Assembly: GCA_964016885.1 (NCBI GenBank)
Contig: OZ024744.1
Coordinates: 127,100,001 to 127,164,000, forward strand
Direction: 5' to 3'
Length of the DNA stretch: 64,000 nucleotides
From: Eledone cirrhosa
Taxonomy: Eukaryota
The position numbers and the translations under genes are program-made. The notes below the pieces were generated by a model. It searched no databases. It was not told the DNA's origin and saw only the letters and a list, made by a program, of their open reading frames with translations. Shown one piece after another: positions 10,601 to 22,620 of the stretch. Each line of letters opens with the position of its first letter. The first letter of the stretch is position 1.

Positions 10601-13600
10601 GTTTAGTTAAGTTGGGGGTTAGTTAAGTTGGGGGCAAGTTAAGTTGGGGTTAATTTAAGTTGGGGTTAAGTTAAGTTGGGGTTATGTTAAGTTGGGGTTA
10701 AGTTAAGTTGGGGTTAAGTTAAGTTGGGGGTAAGTTAAGTTGGGTGTAAGTTAAGTTGGGGTTAAGTTAAGTTGGGGTTAAGTTAAGTTGGGGTTAAGTT
10801 AAGTTGGGGTTGAGTTAATTTGGGGTTAAGTTAAGTTGGGGTTAAGTTAAGTTGGGGTTAAGTTGGGGTTAAGTTAAGTTGGGGTTAAGTTAATTTGGGG
10901 GTAGGTTAAGTTGGGGGCAATTTAAGTTGGGGTTAAGTTAAGTTGGGGTTAAGTTAAGTTGGGTTTAAGTTAAGTTGGGGCTAAGTTAAGTTGGGGCTAA
11001 GTTAAGTTGGGGCTGAGTTAAGTTGGGGTTAAGTTAAGTTGGGGTTGAGTTAAGTTGGGGTTATGTTAAGTTAGGGTTGAGTTAAGTTGGGGTTGAGTTA
11101 AGTTGGGGTTGAGTTAAGTTGGGGTTAAGTTAAGTTGGCGTTAAGTTAAGTTGGGGTTAAGTTAAGTTGGGGTTAAGTTAATTTGCGGTTAAGTTAGGTT
11201 GTGGGTTAAGTTAAGTTGGGGTTAAGTTAAGCTGGGGTTAAGTTGGGGTAAGTTAAGTTGGGGTTAAGTTAAGTTGGGGTTAAGTTAAGTTGGGGTTAAG
11301 TTAAGTTGGGGTTAAGTTAAGTTGGGGTTAAGTTAAGTTGGGGTTGAGTTAAGTTGGGGTTGAGTTAAGTTGGGGTTAAGTTAAGTGGGGTTAAGTTAAG
11401 TTGGGGTTAAGTTAAGTTGGGGGTAAGTTAAGTTGGGGTTAAGTTAATTTGCGGTTAAGTTAGGTTGTGGGTTAAGTTAAGTTGAGGTTAAGTTAAGCTG
11501 GGGTTAAGTTGGGGTAAGTTAAGTTGGGGTTAAGTTAAGTTGGGGTTAAGTTAAGTTGGGGTTAAATTAAGTTGGGGTTAAGTTAAGTTGGGGTTATGTT
11601 AAGTTGGGGTTAAGTTAAGTTGCGGTTAAGTTAAGTTGGGGTTAAGTTAAGTTGGGGTTAAGTTAAGTTGGGGTTAAGTTAAGTTGGAGTTAAGTTAAGT
11701 TGGGGTTAACTTAAGTTGGGGTTAAGTTGGGGTTAAGTTAAGTTGGGGTTAAGTTAAGTTGGGGGTTAGTTAAGTTGGGGGCAAGTTAAGTTGGGGTTAA
11801 TTTAAGTTGGGGTTAAGTTAAGTTGGGGTTATGCTAAGTTGGGGTTAAGTTAAGTTGGGGTTAAGTTAAGTTGGGGGTAAGTTAAGTTGGGGTTAAGTTA
11901 AGTTGGGGGTAAGTTGAGTTGGGGGTAAGTTAAGTTGAGGGTAAGTTAAGTTGGGGTTAAGTTAAGTTGGGGTTAAATTGAGTTGGGGGTAAGTTAAGTT
12001 GGGGGTAAGTTAAGTTGGGGTTAAGTTAAGTTGGGGTTAAGTTAAGTTGGGGTTAAGTTAAGGTGGGGGTAAGTTAAGTTGGGGTTAAGTTAATTTGCGG
12101 TTAAGTTAGGTTGTGGGTTAAGTTAAGTTGGGGTTAAGTTAAGCTGGGGTTAAGTTGGGGTAAGTTAAGTTGGGGTTAAGTTAAGTTGGGGTTAAGTTAA
12201 GTTGGGGTTAAGTTAAGTTGGGGGTAAGTTAAGTTGGGGTTAAGTTAAGTTGGGGTTAAGTTAAGTTGGGGTTAAGTTAAGTTGGGGGTAAGATAAGTTG
12301 GGGCTAAGTTAAGTTGGGGCTAATTCAAGTTGGGGTTAAGTCAAGTTGAGGTTAACTTAAGTTGGGGTTAAGTTAAGTTGGGGTTAAGTTAAGTTGGGGT
12401 TAAGGTAAGTTGGGGTTAAGTTAAGTTGGGGCTAAGTTAAGTTGGGGCTAAGTTAAGTTGGGGCTGAGTTAAGTTGGGGTTAAGTTGGGGTTGAGTTAAT
12501 TTGGGGTTAAGTTAAGTTGGGATTAAGTTAAGTTGGGGTTAAGTTAAGTTCGGGTTGAGTTAAGTTGGGGTTAAGTTAAGTTGGGGTTAATTTAAGTTGG
12601 GGTTAAGTTAAGTTGGGGTTAAGATAAGTTGGGGTTAAGTTAAGTTGGGGTTAAGTTAAGTAGGGGTTGAGTTAATTTGGGGTTAAGTTAAGTTGGGGTT
12701 AACTTAAGTTTGGGTTAAGTTAAGTTGGGGTTAAATTAAGTTGGGGGTAAGTTAAGTTGGGTGCAAGTTGAGTTGGGGTTAAGTTAAGTTGGGGTTAAGT
12801 TAAGGTGGGGGTAAGTTAAGTTGGGGGTAAGTTAAGTTGGGGTTAAGTTAAGTTGGGGTTAAGTTAAGTTGGGTTTAAGTTAAGTTGGGGCTAAGTTAAG
12901 TTGGGGCTAAGTTAAGTTGGGGTTAAGTTAAGTTGGGGGTAGGTTAAGTTGGGGTTAAGTTAAGCTGGGGTTAAGTTGGGGTAAGTTAAGTTGGGGGTAA
13001 GTTAAGTTGGGGTTAAGTTATGTTGGGGTTAAGTTAAGTTGGGGTTGAGTTAAGTTGGGGTTGAGTTAAGTTGGGGTTGAATTAAGTTGGGGTTGAGTTA
13101 AGTTGGGGTTAAGTTAAGTTGGGGTTAAGTTAAGTTGGGGGTAAGTTAAGTTGGGGTTAAGTTAAGTTGGGGTTAAGTTAAGTTGGGGTTAAGTTAAGTT
13201 GGGGTTAAGTTAAGTTGGGGTTAAGTTAAGTTGGGGGTTAGTTAAGTTGGGGGCAAGTTAAGTTGGGGTTAATTTAAGTTGGGGTTAAGTTAAGTTGGGG
13301 TTATGTTAAGTTGGGGTTAAGTTAAGTTGGGGTTAAGTTAAGTTGGGGGTAAGTTAAGTTGGGGTTAAGTTAAGTTGGGGGTAAGTTAAGTTGAGGGTAA
13401 GTTAAGTTGGGGTTAAGTTAAGTTGGGGTTAAATTAAGTTGGGGGTAAGTTAAGTTGGGGGTAAGTTAAGTTGGGGTTAAGTTAAGTTGGGGTTAAGTTA
13501 AGTTGAGGTTAAGTTAAGTTGGGGTTAAGTTAAATTGGGGTTAATTTAAGTTGGGGGTAAGATAAGTTGGGGCTAAGTTAAGTTGGGGCTAAGTCAAGTT

Positions 13601-16600
13601 GGGGTTAAGTCAAGTTGAGGTTAACTTAAGTTGGGGTTATGTTAAGTTGGGGTTAAGTTGGGGCTAAGTTAAGTTGGGGCTGAGTTAAGTTGGGGTTAAG
13701 TTAAGTTGGGGTTGAGTTAAGTTGGGGTTAAGTTAAGTTGGGATTAAGTTAAGTTGGGGTTAAGTTAAGTTCGGCTTGAGTTAAGTTGGGGTTAAGTTAA
13801 GTTGGGGTTAATTTATTGTTGGGGTTAAGTTAAGTTGGGGTTAAGATAAGTTGGGGTTAAGTTAAGTTGGGGTTAAGTTAAGTTGGGGTTGAGTTAATTT
13901 GGGGTTAAGTTAAGTTGGGGTTAAATTAAGTTGGGGTTAAGTTGGGGTTAAGTTAAGTTGGGATTAAGTTAAGTTGGGGGTAGGTTAAGTTGGGGGCAAG
14001 TTAAGTTGGGTTTAAGTTAAGTTGGGGCTAAGTTAAGTTGGGGCTAAGTTAAGTTGGGGCTGAGTTAAGTTGGGGTTAAGTTAAGTTGGGGTTGAGTTAA
14101 GTTGGGGTTGAGTTAAGTTGGGGTTATGTTAAGTTAGGGTTGAGTTAAGTTGGGGTTGAGTTAAGTTGGGGTTGAGTTAAGTTGGGGTTAAGTTAAGTTG
14201 GCGTTAAGTTAAGTTGGGGTTAAGTTAAGTTGGGGTTAAGTTAATTTGCGGTTAAGTTAGGTTGTGGGTTAAGTTAAGTTGGGGTTAAGTTAAGCTGGGG
14301 TTAAGTTGGGGTAAGTTAAGTTGGGGTTAAGTTAAGTCGGGGTTAAGTTAAGTTGGGGTTAAGTTAAGTTGGGGGTAAGTTAAGTTGGGGGCAAGTTAAG
14401 TTGGGGTTAAGTTAAGTTGGGGTTAAGTTGGGGTTAAGTTAAGTTGGGGTTAAGTTAAGTTGGGGTTAAGTTAAGTTAGGGTTAATTTCAGTTGGGGTTA
14501 TGTTAAGTTGGGGATAAGTTAAGTTGGGGTTAAGTTAAAGTTGGTGTTAAGTTAAGTTGGGGTTAAGTTAAGTTAGGGTTAATTTCAGTTGGGGTTATGT
14601 TAAGTTGGGGTTAAGTTAAGTTGGGGTTAAGTTAAGTTGGAGGTAAGTTAAGTGGGGTGTAAGTTAAGTTGGGGTTAAGTTAAGTTGGGGTTCAGTTCAG
14701 TTGGGGTTATGTTAAGTTGGGGTTAAGTTAAGCTGGGGGTAAGTTAAGTTGGGTGTAAGTTAAGTTGGGGTTAAGTTAAGTTGGGGTTAAGTTAAGTTGG
14801 GGGTTAGTTAAGTTGGGGGCAAGTTAAGTTGGGGTTAATTTAAGTTGGGGTTAAGTTAAGTTGGGGTTATGTTAAGTTGGGGTTAAGTTAAGTTGGGGTT
14901 AAGTTAAGTTGGGGGTAAGTTAAGTTGGGGTTAAGTTAAGTTGGGGGTAAGTTAAGTTGAGGGTAAGTTAAGTTGGGGTTAAGTTAAGTTGGGGTTAAAT
15001 TAAGTTGGGGGTAAGTTAAGTTGGGGGTAAGTTAAGTTGGGGTTAAGTTAAGTTGGGGTTAAATTAAGTTGGGGTTAAGTTAAGTTGGAGTTAAGTTAAG
15101 TTGGGGTTAACTTAAGTTGGGGTTAAGTTGGGGTTAAGTTAAGTTGGGGTTAAGTTAAGTTGGGGGTTAGTTAAGTTGGGGGCAAGTTAAGTTGGGGTTA
15201 ATTTAAGTTGGGGTTAAGTTAAGTTGGGGTTATGCTAAGTTGGGGTTAAGTTAAGTTGGGGTTAAGTTAAGTTGGGGGTAAGTTAAGTTGGGGTTAAGTT
15301 AAGTTGGGGGTAAGTTGAGTTGGGGGTAAGTTAAGTTGAGGGTAAGTTAAGTTGGGGTTAAGTTAAGTTGGGGTTAAATTGAGTTGGGGGTAAGTTAAGT
15401 TGGGGGTAAGTTAAGTTGGGGTTAAGTTAAGTTGGGGTTAAGTTAAGTTGGGGTTAAGTTAAGGTGGGGGTAAGTTAAGTTGGGGTTAAGTTAATTTGCG
15501 GTTAAGTTAGGTTGTGGGTTAAGTTAAGTTGGGGTTAAGTTAAGCTGGGGTTAAGTTGGGGTAAGTTAAGTTGGGGTTAAGTTAAGTTGGGGTTAAGTTA
15601 AGTTGGGGTTAAGTTAAGTTGGGGGTAAGTTAAGTTGGGGTTAAGTTAAGTTGGGGTTAAGTTAAGTTGGGGTTAAGTTAAGTTGGGGGTAAGATAAGTT
15701 GGGGCTAAGTTAAGTTGGGGCTAAGTCAAGTTGGGGTTAAGTCAAGTTGAGGTTAACTTAAGTTGGGGTTAAGTTAAGTTGGGGTTAAGTTAAGTTGGGG
15801 TTAAGGTAAGTTGGGGTTAAGTTAAGTTGGGGCTAAGTTAAGTTGGGGCTAAGTTAAGTTGGGGCTGAGTTAAGTTGGGGTTAAGTTGGGGTTGAGTTAA
15901 TTTGGGGTTAAGTTAAGTTGGGATTAAGTTAAGTTGGGGTTAAGTTAAGTTCGGGTTGAGTTAAGTTGGGGTTAAGTTAAGTTGGGGTTAATTTAAGTTG
16001 GGGTTAAGTTAAGTTGGGGTTAAGATAAGTTGGGGTTAAGTTAAGTTGGGGTTAAGTTAAGTAGGGGTTGAGTTAATTTGGGGTTAAGTTAAGTTGGGGT
16101 TAACTTAAGTTTGGGTTAAGTTAAGTTGGGGTTAAATTAAGTTGGGGGTAAGTTAAGTTGGGTGCAAGTTGAGTTGGGGTTAAGTTAAGTTGGGGTTAAG
16201 TTAAGGTGGGGGTAAGTTAAGTTGGGGGTAAGTTAAGTTGGGGTTAAGTTAAGTTGGGGTTAAGTTAAGTTGGGTTTAAGTTAAGTTGGGGCTAAGTTAA
16301 GTTGGGGCTAAGTTAAGTTGGGGTTAAGTTAAGTTGGGGGTAGGTTAAGTTGGGGTTAAGTTAAGCTGGGGTTAAGTTGGGGTAAGTTAAGTTGGGGGTA
16401 AGTTAAGTTGGGGTTAAGTTATGTTGGGGTTAAGTTAAGTTGGGGTTGAGTTAAGTTGGGGTTGAGTTAAGTTGGGGTTGAATTAAGTTGGGGTTGAGTT
16501 AAGTTGGGGTTAAGTTAAGTTGGGGTTAAGTTAAGTTGGGGGTAAGTTAAGTTGGGGTTAAGTTAAGTTGGGGTTAAGTTAAGTTGGGGTTAAGTTAAGT

Positions 16601-19600
16601 TGGGGTTAAGTTAAGTTGGGGGTTAGTTAAGTTGGGGGCAAGTTAAGTTGGGGTTAATTTAAGTTGGGGTTAAGTTAAGTTGGGGTTATGTTAAGTTGGG
16701 GTTAAGTTAAGTTGGGGTTAAGTTAAGTTGGGGGTAAGTTAAGTTGGGGTTAAGTTAAGTTGGGGGTAAGTTAAGTTGAGGGTAAGTTAAGTTGGGGTTA
16801 AGTTAAGTTGGGGTTAAATTAAGTTGGGGGTAAGTTAAGTTGGGGGTAAGTTAAGTTGGGGTTAAGTTAAGTTGGGGTTAAGTTAAGTTGAGGTTAAGTT
16901 AAGTTGGGGTTAAGTTAAATTGGGGTTAATTTAAGTTGGGGGTAAGATAAGTTGGGGCTAAGTTAAGTTGGGGCTAAGTCAAGTTGGGGTTAAGTCAAGT
17001 TGAGGTTAACTTAAGTTGGGGTTATGTTAAGTTGGGGTTAAGTTGGGGCTAAGTTAAGTTGGGGGCTGAGTTAAGTTGGGGTTAAGTTAAGTTGGGGTTG
17101 AGTTAAGTTGGGGTTAAGTTAAGTTGGGATTAAGTTAAGTTGGGGTTAAGTTAAGTTCGGCTTGAGTTAAGTTGGGGTTAAGTTAAGTTGGGGTTAATTT
17201 ATTGTTGGGGTTAAGTTAAGTTGGGGTTAAGATAAGTTGGGGTTAAGTTAAGTTGGGGTTAAGTTAAGTTGGGGTTGAGTTAATTTGGGGTTAAGTTAAG
17301 TTGGGGTTAAGTTAAGTTGGGATTAAGTTAAGTTGGGGGTAGGTTAAGTTGGGGGCAAGTTAAGTTGGGTTTAAGTTAAGTTGGGGCTAAGTTAAGTTGG
17401 GGCTAAGTTAAGTTGGGGCTGAGTTAAGTTGGGGTTAAGTTAAGTTGGGGTTGAGTTAAGTTGGGGTTGAGTTAAGTTGGGGTTATGTTAAGTTAGGGTT
17501 GAGTTAAGTTGGGGTTGAGTTAAGTTGGGGTTGAGTTAAGTTGGGGTTAAGTTAAGTTGGCGTTAAGTTAAGTTGGGGTTAAGTTAAGTTGGGGTTAAGT
17601 TAATTTGCGGTTAAGTTAGGTTGTGGGTTAAGTTAAGTTGGGGTTAAGTTAAGCTGGGGTTAAGTTGGGGTAAGTTAAGTTGGGGTTAAGTTAAGTCGGG
17701 GTTAAGTTAAGTTGGGGTTAAGTTAAGTTGGGGGTAAGTTAAGTTGGGGGCAAGTTAAGTTGGGGTTAAGTTAAGTTGGGGTTAAGTTGGGGTTAAGTTA
17801 AGTTGGGGTTAAGTTAAGTTGGGGTTAAGTTAAGTTAGGGTTAATTTCAGTTGGGGTTATGTTAAGTTGGGGATAAGTTAAGTTGGGGTTAAGTTAAAGT
17901 TGGGGTTAAGTTAAGTTGGGGTTAAGTTAAGTTAGGGTTAATTTCAGTTGGGGTTATGTTAAGTTGGGGTTAAGTTAAGTTGGGGTTAAGTTAAGTTGGA
18001 GGTAAGTTAAGTGGGGTGTAAGTTAAGTTGGGGTTAAGTTAAGTTGGGGTTCAGTTCAGTTGGGGTTATGTTAAGTTGGGGTTAAGTTAAGCTGGGGGTA
18101 AGTTAAGTTGGGTGTAAGTTAAGTTGGGGTTAAGTTAAGTTGGGGTTAAGTTAAGTTGGGGGTTAGTTAAGTTGGGGGCAAGTTAAGTTGGGGTTAATTT
18201 AAGTTGGGGTTAAGTTAAGTTGGGGTTATGTTAAGTTGGGGTTAAGTTAAGTTGGGGTTAAGTTAAGTTGGGGGTAAGTTAAGTTGGGGTTAAGTTAAGT
18301 TGGGGGTAAGTTAAGTTGAGGGTAAGTTAAGTTGGGGTTAAGTTAAGTTGGGGTTAAATTAAGTTGGGGTTAAGTTAAGTTGGGGGTAAGTTAAGTTGGG
18401 GTTAAGTTAAGTTGGGGTTAAATTAAGTTGAGGTTAAGTTAAGTTGGGGTTAAGTTAAATTGGGGTTAATTTAAGTTGGGGGTAAGATAAGTTGGGGTTA
18501 AGTTAAGTTGGGGTTAAGATAAGTTGGGGTTAAGTTAAGTTGGGGTTAAGTTAAGTTGGGGTTGAGTTAATTTGGGGGTAGGTTAAGTTGGGGGCAAGTT
18601 AAGTTGGGGTTAAGTTAAGTTGGGGTTAAGTTAAGTTGGGTTTAAGTTAAGTTGGGGCTAAGTTAAGTTGGGGCTAAGTTAAGTTGGGGCTGAGTTAAGT
18701 TGGGGTTAAGTTAAGTTGGGGTTGAGTTAAGTTGGGGTTATGTTAAGTTAGGGTTGAATTAAGTTGGGGTTGAGTTAAGTTGGGGTTGAGTTAAGTTGGG
18801 GTTAAGTTAAGTTGGCGTTAAGTTAAGTTGGGGTTAAGTTAAGTTGGGGTTAAGTTAATTTGCGGTTAAGTTAGGTTGTGGGTTAAGTTAAGTTGGGGTT
18901 AAGTTAAGCTGGGGTTAAGTTGGGGTAAGTTAAGTTGGGGTTAAGTTAAGTTGGGGTTAAGTTAAGTTGGGGTTAAGTTAAGTTGGGGTTGAGTTAAGTT
19001 GGGGTTGAGTTAAGTTGGGGTTAAGTTAAGTTGGGGTTAAGTTAAGTTGGGGTTAAGTTAAGTTGGGGGTAAGTTAAGTTGGGGTTAAGTTAATTTGCGG
19101 TTAAGTTAGGTTGTGGGTTAAGTTAAGTTGGGGTTAAGTTAAGCTGGGGTTAAGTTGGGGTAAGTTAAGTTGGGGTTAAGTTAAGTTGGGGTTAAGTTAA
19201 GTTGGGGTTAAGTTAAGTTGGGGTTAAATTAAGTTGGGGTTAAGTTAAGTTGGGGTTATGTTAAGTTGGGGTTAAGTTAAGTTGCGGTTAAGTTAAGTTG
19301 GGGTTAAGTTAAGTTGGGGTTAAGTTAAGTTGGGGTTAAGTTAAGTTGGAGTTAAGTTAAGTTGGGGTTAACTTAAGTTGGGGTTAAGTTGGGGTTAAGT
19401 TAAGTTGGGGTTAAGTTAAGTTGGGGGTTAGTTAAGTTGGGGGCAAGTTAATTGGGGTTAATTTAAGTTGGGGTTAAGTTAAGTTGGGGTTATGCTAAGT
19501 TGGGGTTAAGTTAAGTTGGGGTTAAGTTAAGTTGGGGGTAAGTTAAGTTGGGGTTAAGTTAAGTTGGGGGTAAGTTAAGTTGGGGGTAAGTTAAGTTGAG

Positions 19601-19700
19601 GGTAAGTTAAGTTGGGGTTAAGTTAAGTTGGGGTTAAATTGAGTTGGGGGTAAGTTAAGTTGGGGGTAAGTTAAGTTGGGGTTAAGTTAAGTTGGGGTTA
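7680..19700 (+). repeat. ~12 kb segment duplicated, apparently exactly, at ~33050-45070
   Basis: Constant offset of 25,371 for TAGGTTAAGC (7861/33232), GATTAG (9848/35219), CTAATTCAAG (12320/37691), TTAAAG-TTGGTG (14541/39912), GGTGCAAG (12764/38135 and 16165/41536) and GAGG (19710/45081). Confidence 0.92.
11680..18400 (+). repeat. Tandem duplication of a ~3.4 kb block (truncated HOR type A), junction near 15065-15085
   Basis: Offset 3,401 for AAGTTGGAG (11681/15082), AGGTG (12061/15462), TAGGGG (12661/16062) and GGTGCAAG (12764/16165). The offset becomes 3,359 for AGTCGGGG (14338/17697) after small indels. Confidence 0.9.
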
Positions 19701-22620
19701 AATTAAGTTGAGGTTAAGTTAAATTGGGGTTAAGTTAAGTTGGGGTTAAGTTAAGTTGGGGGTAAGATAAGTTGGGGCTAAGTTAAGTTGGGGCTAAGTC
19801 AAGTTGGGGTTAAGTTAAGTTGGGGTTAAGTTAAGTTGGGGTTAAGGTAAGTTGGGGTTATGTTAAGTTGGGGCTAAGTTAAGTTGGGGCTAAGTTAAGT
19901 TGGGGCTGAGTTAAGTTGGGGTTAAGTTAAGTTGGGGTTGAGTTAAGTTGGGGTTAAGTTAAGTTGGGATTAAGTTAAGTTGGGGTTAAGTTAAGTTCGG
20001 CTTGAGTTAAGTTGGGGTTAAGTTAAGTTGGGGTTAATTTAAGTTGGGGTTAAGTTAAGTTGGGGTTAAGATAAGTTGGGGTTAAGTTAAGTTGGGGTTA
20101 AGTTAAGTTGGGGTTGAGTTAATTTGGGGTTAAGTTAAGTTGGGGTTAACTTAAGTTGGGGTTAAGTTGGGGTTAAGTTAAGTTGGGGTTAAGTTAAGTT
20201 GGGGGTAGGTTAAGTTGGGGGCAAGTTAAGTTGGGGTTAAGTTAAGTTGGGGTTAAGTTAAGTTGGGGGTAAGTTAAGTTGGGTTTAAGTTAAGTTGGGG
20301 TTAAGTTAAGTTGGGTTTAAGTTAAGTTGGGGCTAAGTTAAGTTGGGGCTAAGTTAAGTTGGGGCTGAGTTAAGTTGGGGTTAAGTTAAGTTGGGGTTGA
20401 GTTAAGTTGGGGTTATGTTAAGTTAGGGTTGAGTTAAGTTGGGGTTGAGTTAAGTTGGGGTTGAGTTAAGTAGGGGTTAAGTTAAGTTGGCGTTAAGTTA
20501 AGTTTGGGTTAAGTTAAGTTGCGGTCAAGTTAATTTGCGGTTAAGTTAGGTTGTGGGTTAAGTTAAGTTGGGGTTAAGTTAAGCTGGGGTTAAGTTGGGG
20601 TAAGTTAAGTTGGGGGTAAATTAAGTTGGGGTTAAGTTAAGTTGGGGTTAAGTTAAGTTGGGGTTGAGTTAAGTTGGGGTTGAGTTAAGTTGGGGTTGAG
20701 TTAAGTTGGGGTTGAGTTAAGTTGGGGTTAAGTTAAGTTGGGGTTAAGTTAAGTTGGGGGTAAGTTAAATTGGGGTTAAGTTAAGTTGGGGTTAAGTTAA
20801 GTTGGGGTTAAGTTAAGTTGGGGTTAAGTTAAGTTGGGGTTTAGTTAAGTTGGGGGTTAGTTAAGTTGGGGGCAAGTTAAGTTGGGGTTAATTTAAGTTG
20901 GGGTTAAGTTAAGTTGGGGTTATGTTAAGTTGGGGTTAAGTTAAGTTGGGGTTAAGTTAAGTTGGGTGTAAGTTAAGATGGGGTTAAGTTAAGTTGGGGT
21001 TAAGTTAAGTTGGGGGTTAGTTAAGTTGGGGGCAAGTTAAGTTGGGGTTATGTTAAGTTGGGGTTAAGTTAAGTTGGGGTTAAGTTAAGTTGGGGGTAAG
21101 TTAAGTTGGGGTTAAGTTAAGTTGGGGGTAAGTTAAGTTGAGGGTAAGTTAAGTTGGGGTTAAGTTAAGTTGGGGTTAAATTAAGTTGGGGGTAAGTTAA
21201 GTTGGGGGTAAGTTAAGTTGGGGTTAAGTTAAGTTGGGGTTAAATTAAGTTGAGGTTAAGTTAAGTTGGGGTTAAGTTAAATTGGGGTTAATTTAAGTTG
21301 GGGGTAAGATAAGTTGGGGTTAAGTTAAGTTGGGTTTAAGATAAGTTGGGGTTAAGTTAAGTTGGGGTTAAGTTAAGTTGGGGTTGAGTTAATTTGGGGT
21401 TAAGTTAAGTTGGGGTTAAGTTAAGTTGGGGTTAAGTTGGGGTTAAGTTAAGTTGGGGTTAAGTTAATTTGGGGGTAGGTTAAGTTGGGGGCAATTTAAG
21501 TTGGGGTTAAGTTAAGTTGGGGTTAAGTTAAGTTGGGTTTAAGTTAAGTTGGGGCTAAGTTAAGTTGGGGCTAAGTTAAGTTGGGGCTGAGTTAAGTTGG
21601 GGTTAAGTTAAGTTGGGGTTGAGTTAAGTTGGGGTTATGTTAAGTTAGGGTTGAGTTAAGTTGGGGTTGAGTTAAGTTGGGGTTGAGTTAAGTTGGGGTT
21701 AAGTTAAGTTGGCGTTAAGTTAAGTTGGGGTTAAGTTAAGTTGGGGTTAAGTTAATTTGCGGTTAAGTTAGGTTGTGGGTTAAGTTAAGTTGGGGTTAAG
21801 TTAAGCTGGGGTTAAGTTGGGGTAAGTTAAGTTGGGGTTAAGTTAAGTTGGGGTTAAGTTAAGTTGGGGTTAAGTTAAGTTGGGGTTAAGTTAAGTTGGG
21901 GTTGAGTTAAGTTGGGGTTGAGTTAAGTTGGGGTTAAGTTAAGTTGGGGTTAAGTTAAGTTGGGGTTAAGTTAAGTTGGGGGTAAGTTAAGTTGGGGTTA
22001 AGTTAATTTGCGGTTAAGTTAGGTTGTGGGTTAAGTTAAGTTGGGGTTAAGTTAAGCTGGGGTTAAGTTGGGGTAAGTTAAGTTGGGGTTAAGTTAAGTT
22101 GGGGTTAAGTTAAGTTGGGGTTAAATTAAGTTGGGGTTAAGTTAAGTTGGGGTTATGTTAAGTTGGGGTTAAGTTAAGTTGCGGTTAAGTTAAGTTGGGG
22201 TTAAGTTAAGTTGGGGTTAAGTTAAGTTGGGGTTAAGTTAAGTTGGAGTTAAGTTAAGTTGGGGTTAACTTAAGTTGGGGTTAAGTTGGGGTTAAGTTAA
22301 GTTGGGGTTAAGTTAAGTTGGGGGTTAGTTAAGTTGGGGGCAAGTTAAGTTGGGGTTAATTTAAGTTGGGGTTAAGTTAAGTTGGGGTTATGCTAAGTTG
22401 GGGTTAAGTTAAGTTAGGGTTAAGTTAAGTTGGGGGTAAGTTAAGTTGGGGTTAAGTTAAGTTGGGGGTAAGTTAAGTTGGGGGTAAGTTAAGTTGAGGG
22501 TAAGTTAAGTTGGGGTTAAGTTAAGTTGGGGTTAAATTGAGTTGGGGGTAAGTTAAGTTCGGGGTAAGTTAAGTTGGGGTTAAGTTAAGTTGGGGTTAAG
22601 TTAAGTTGGGTTTAAGTTAA
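15463..22620 (+). repeat. One full ~7.1 kb HOR unit (7,158 bp, about 450 monomers)
   Basis: Spacing of GGTGGGGG (15463 to 22621) and of GGTGCAAG (16165 to 23323) is 7,158 bp. The variant order matches the units at 40835-48000 and 51541-58595. Confidence 0.85.
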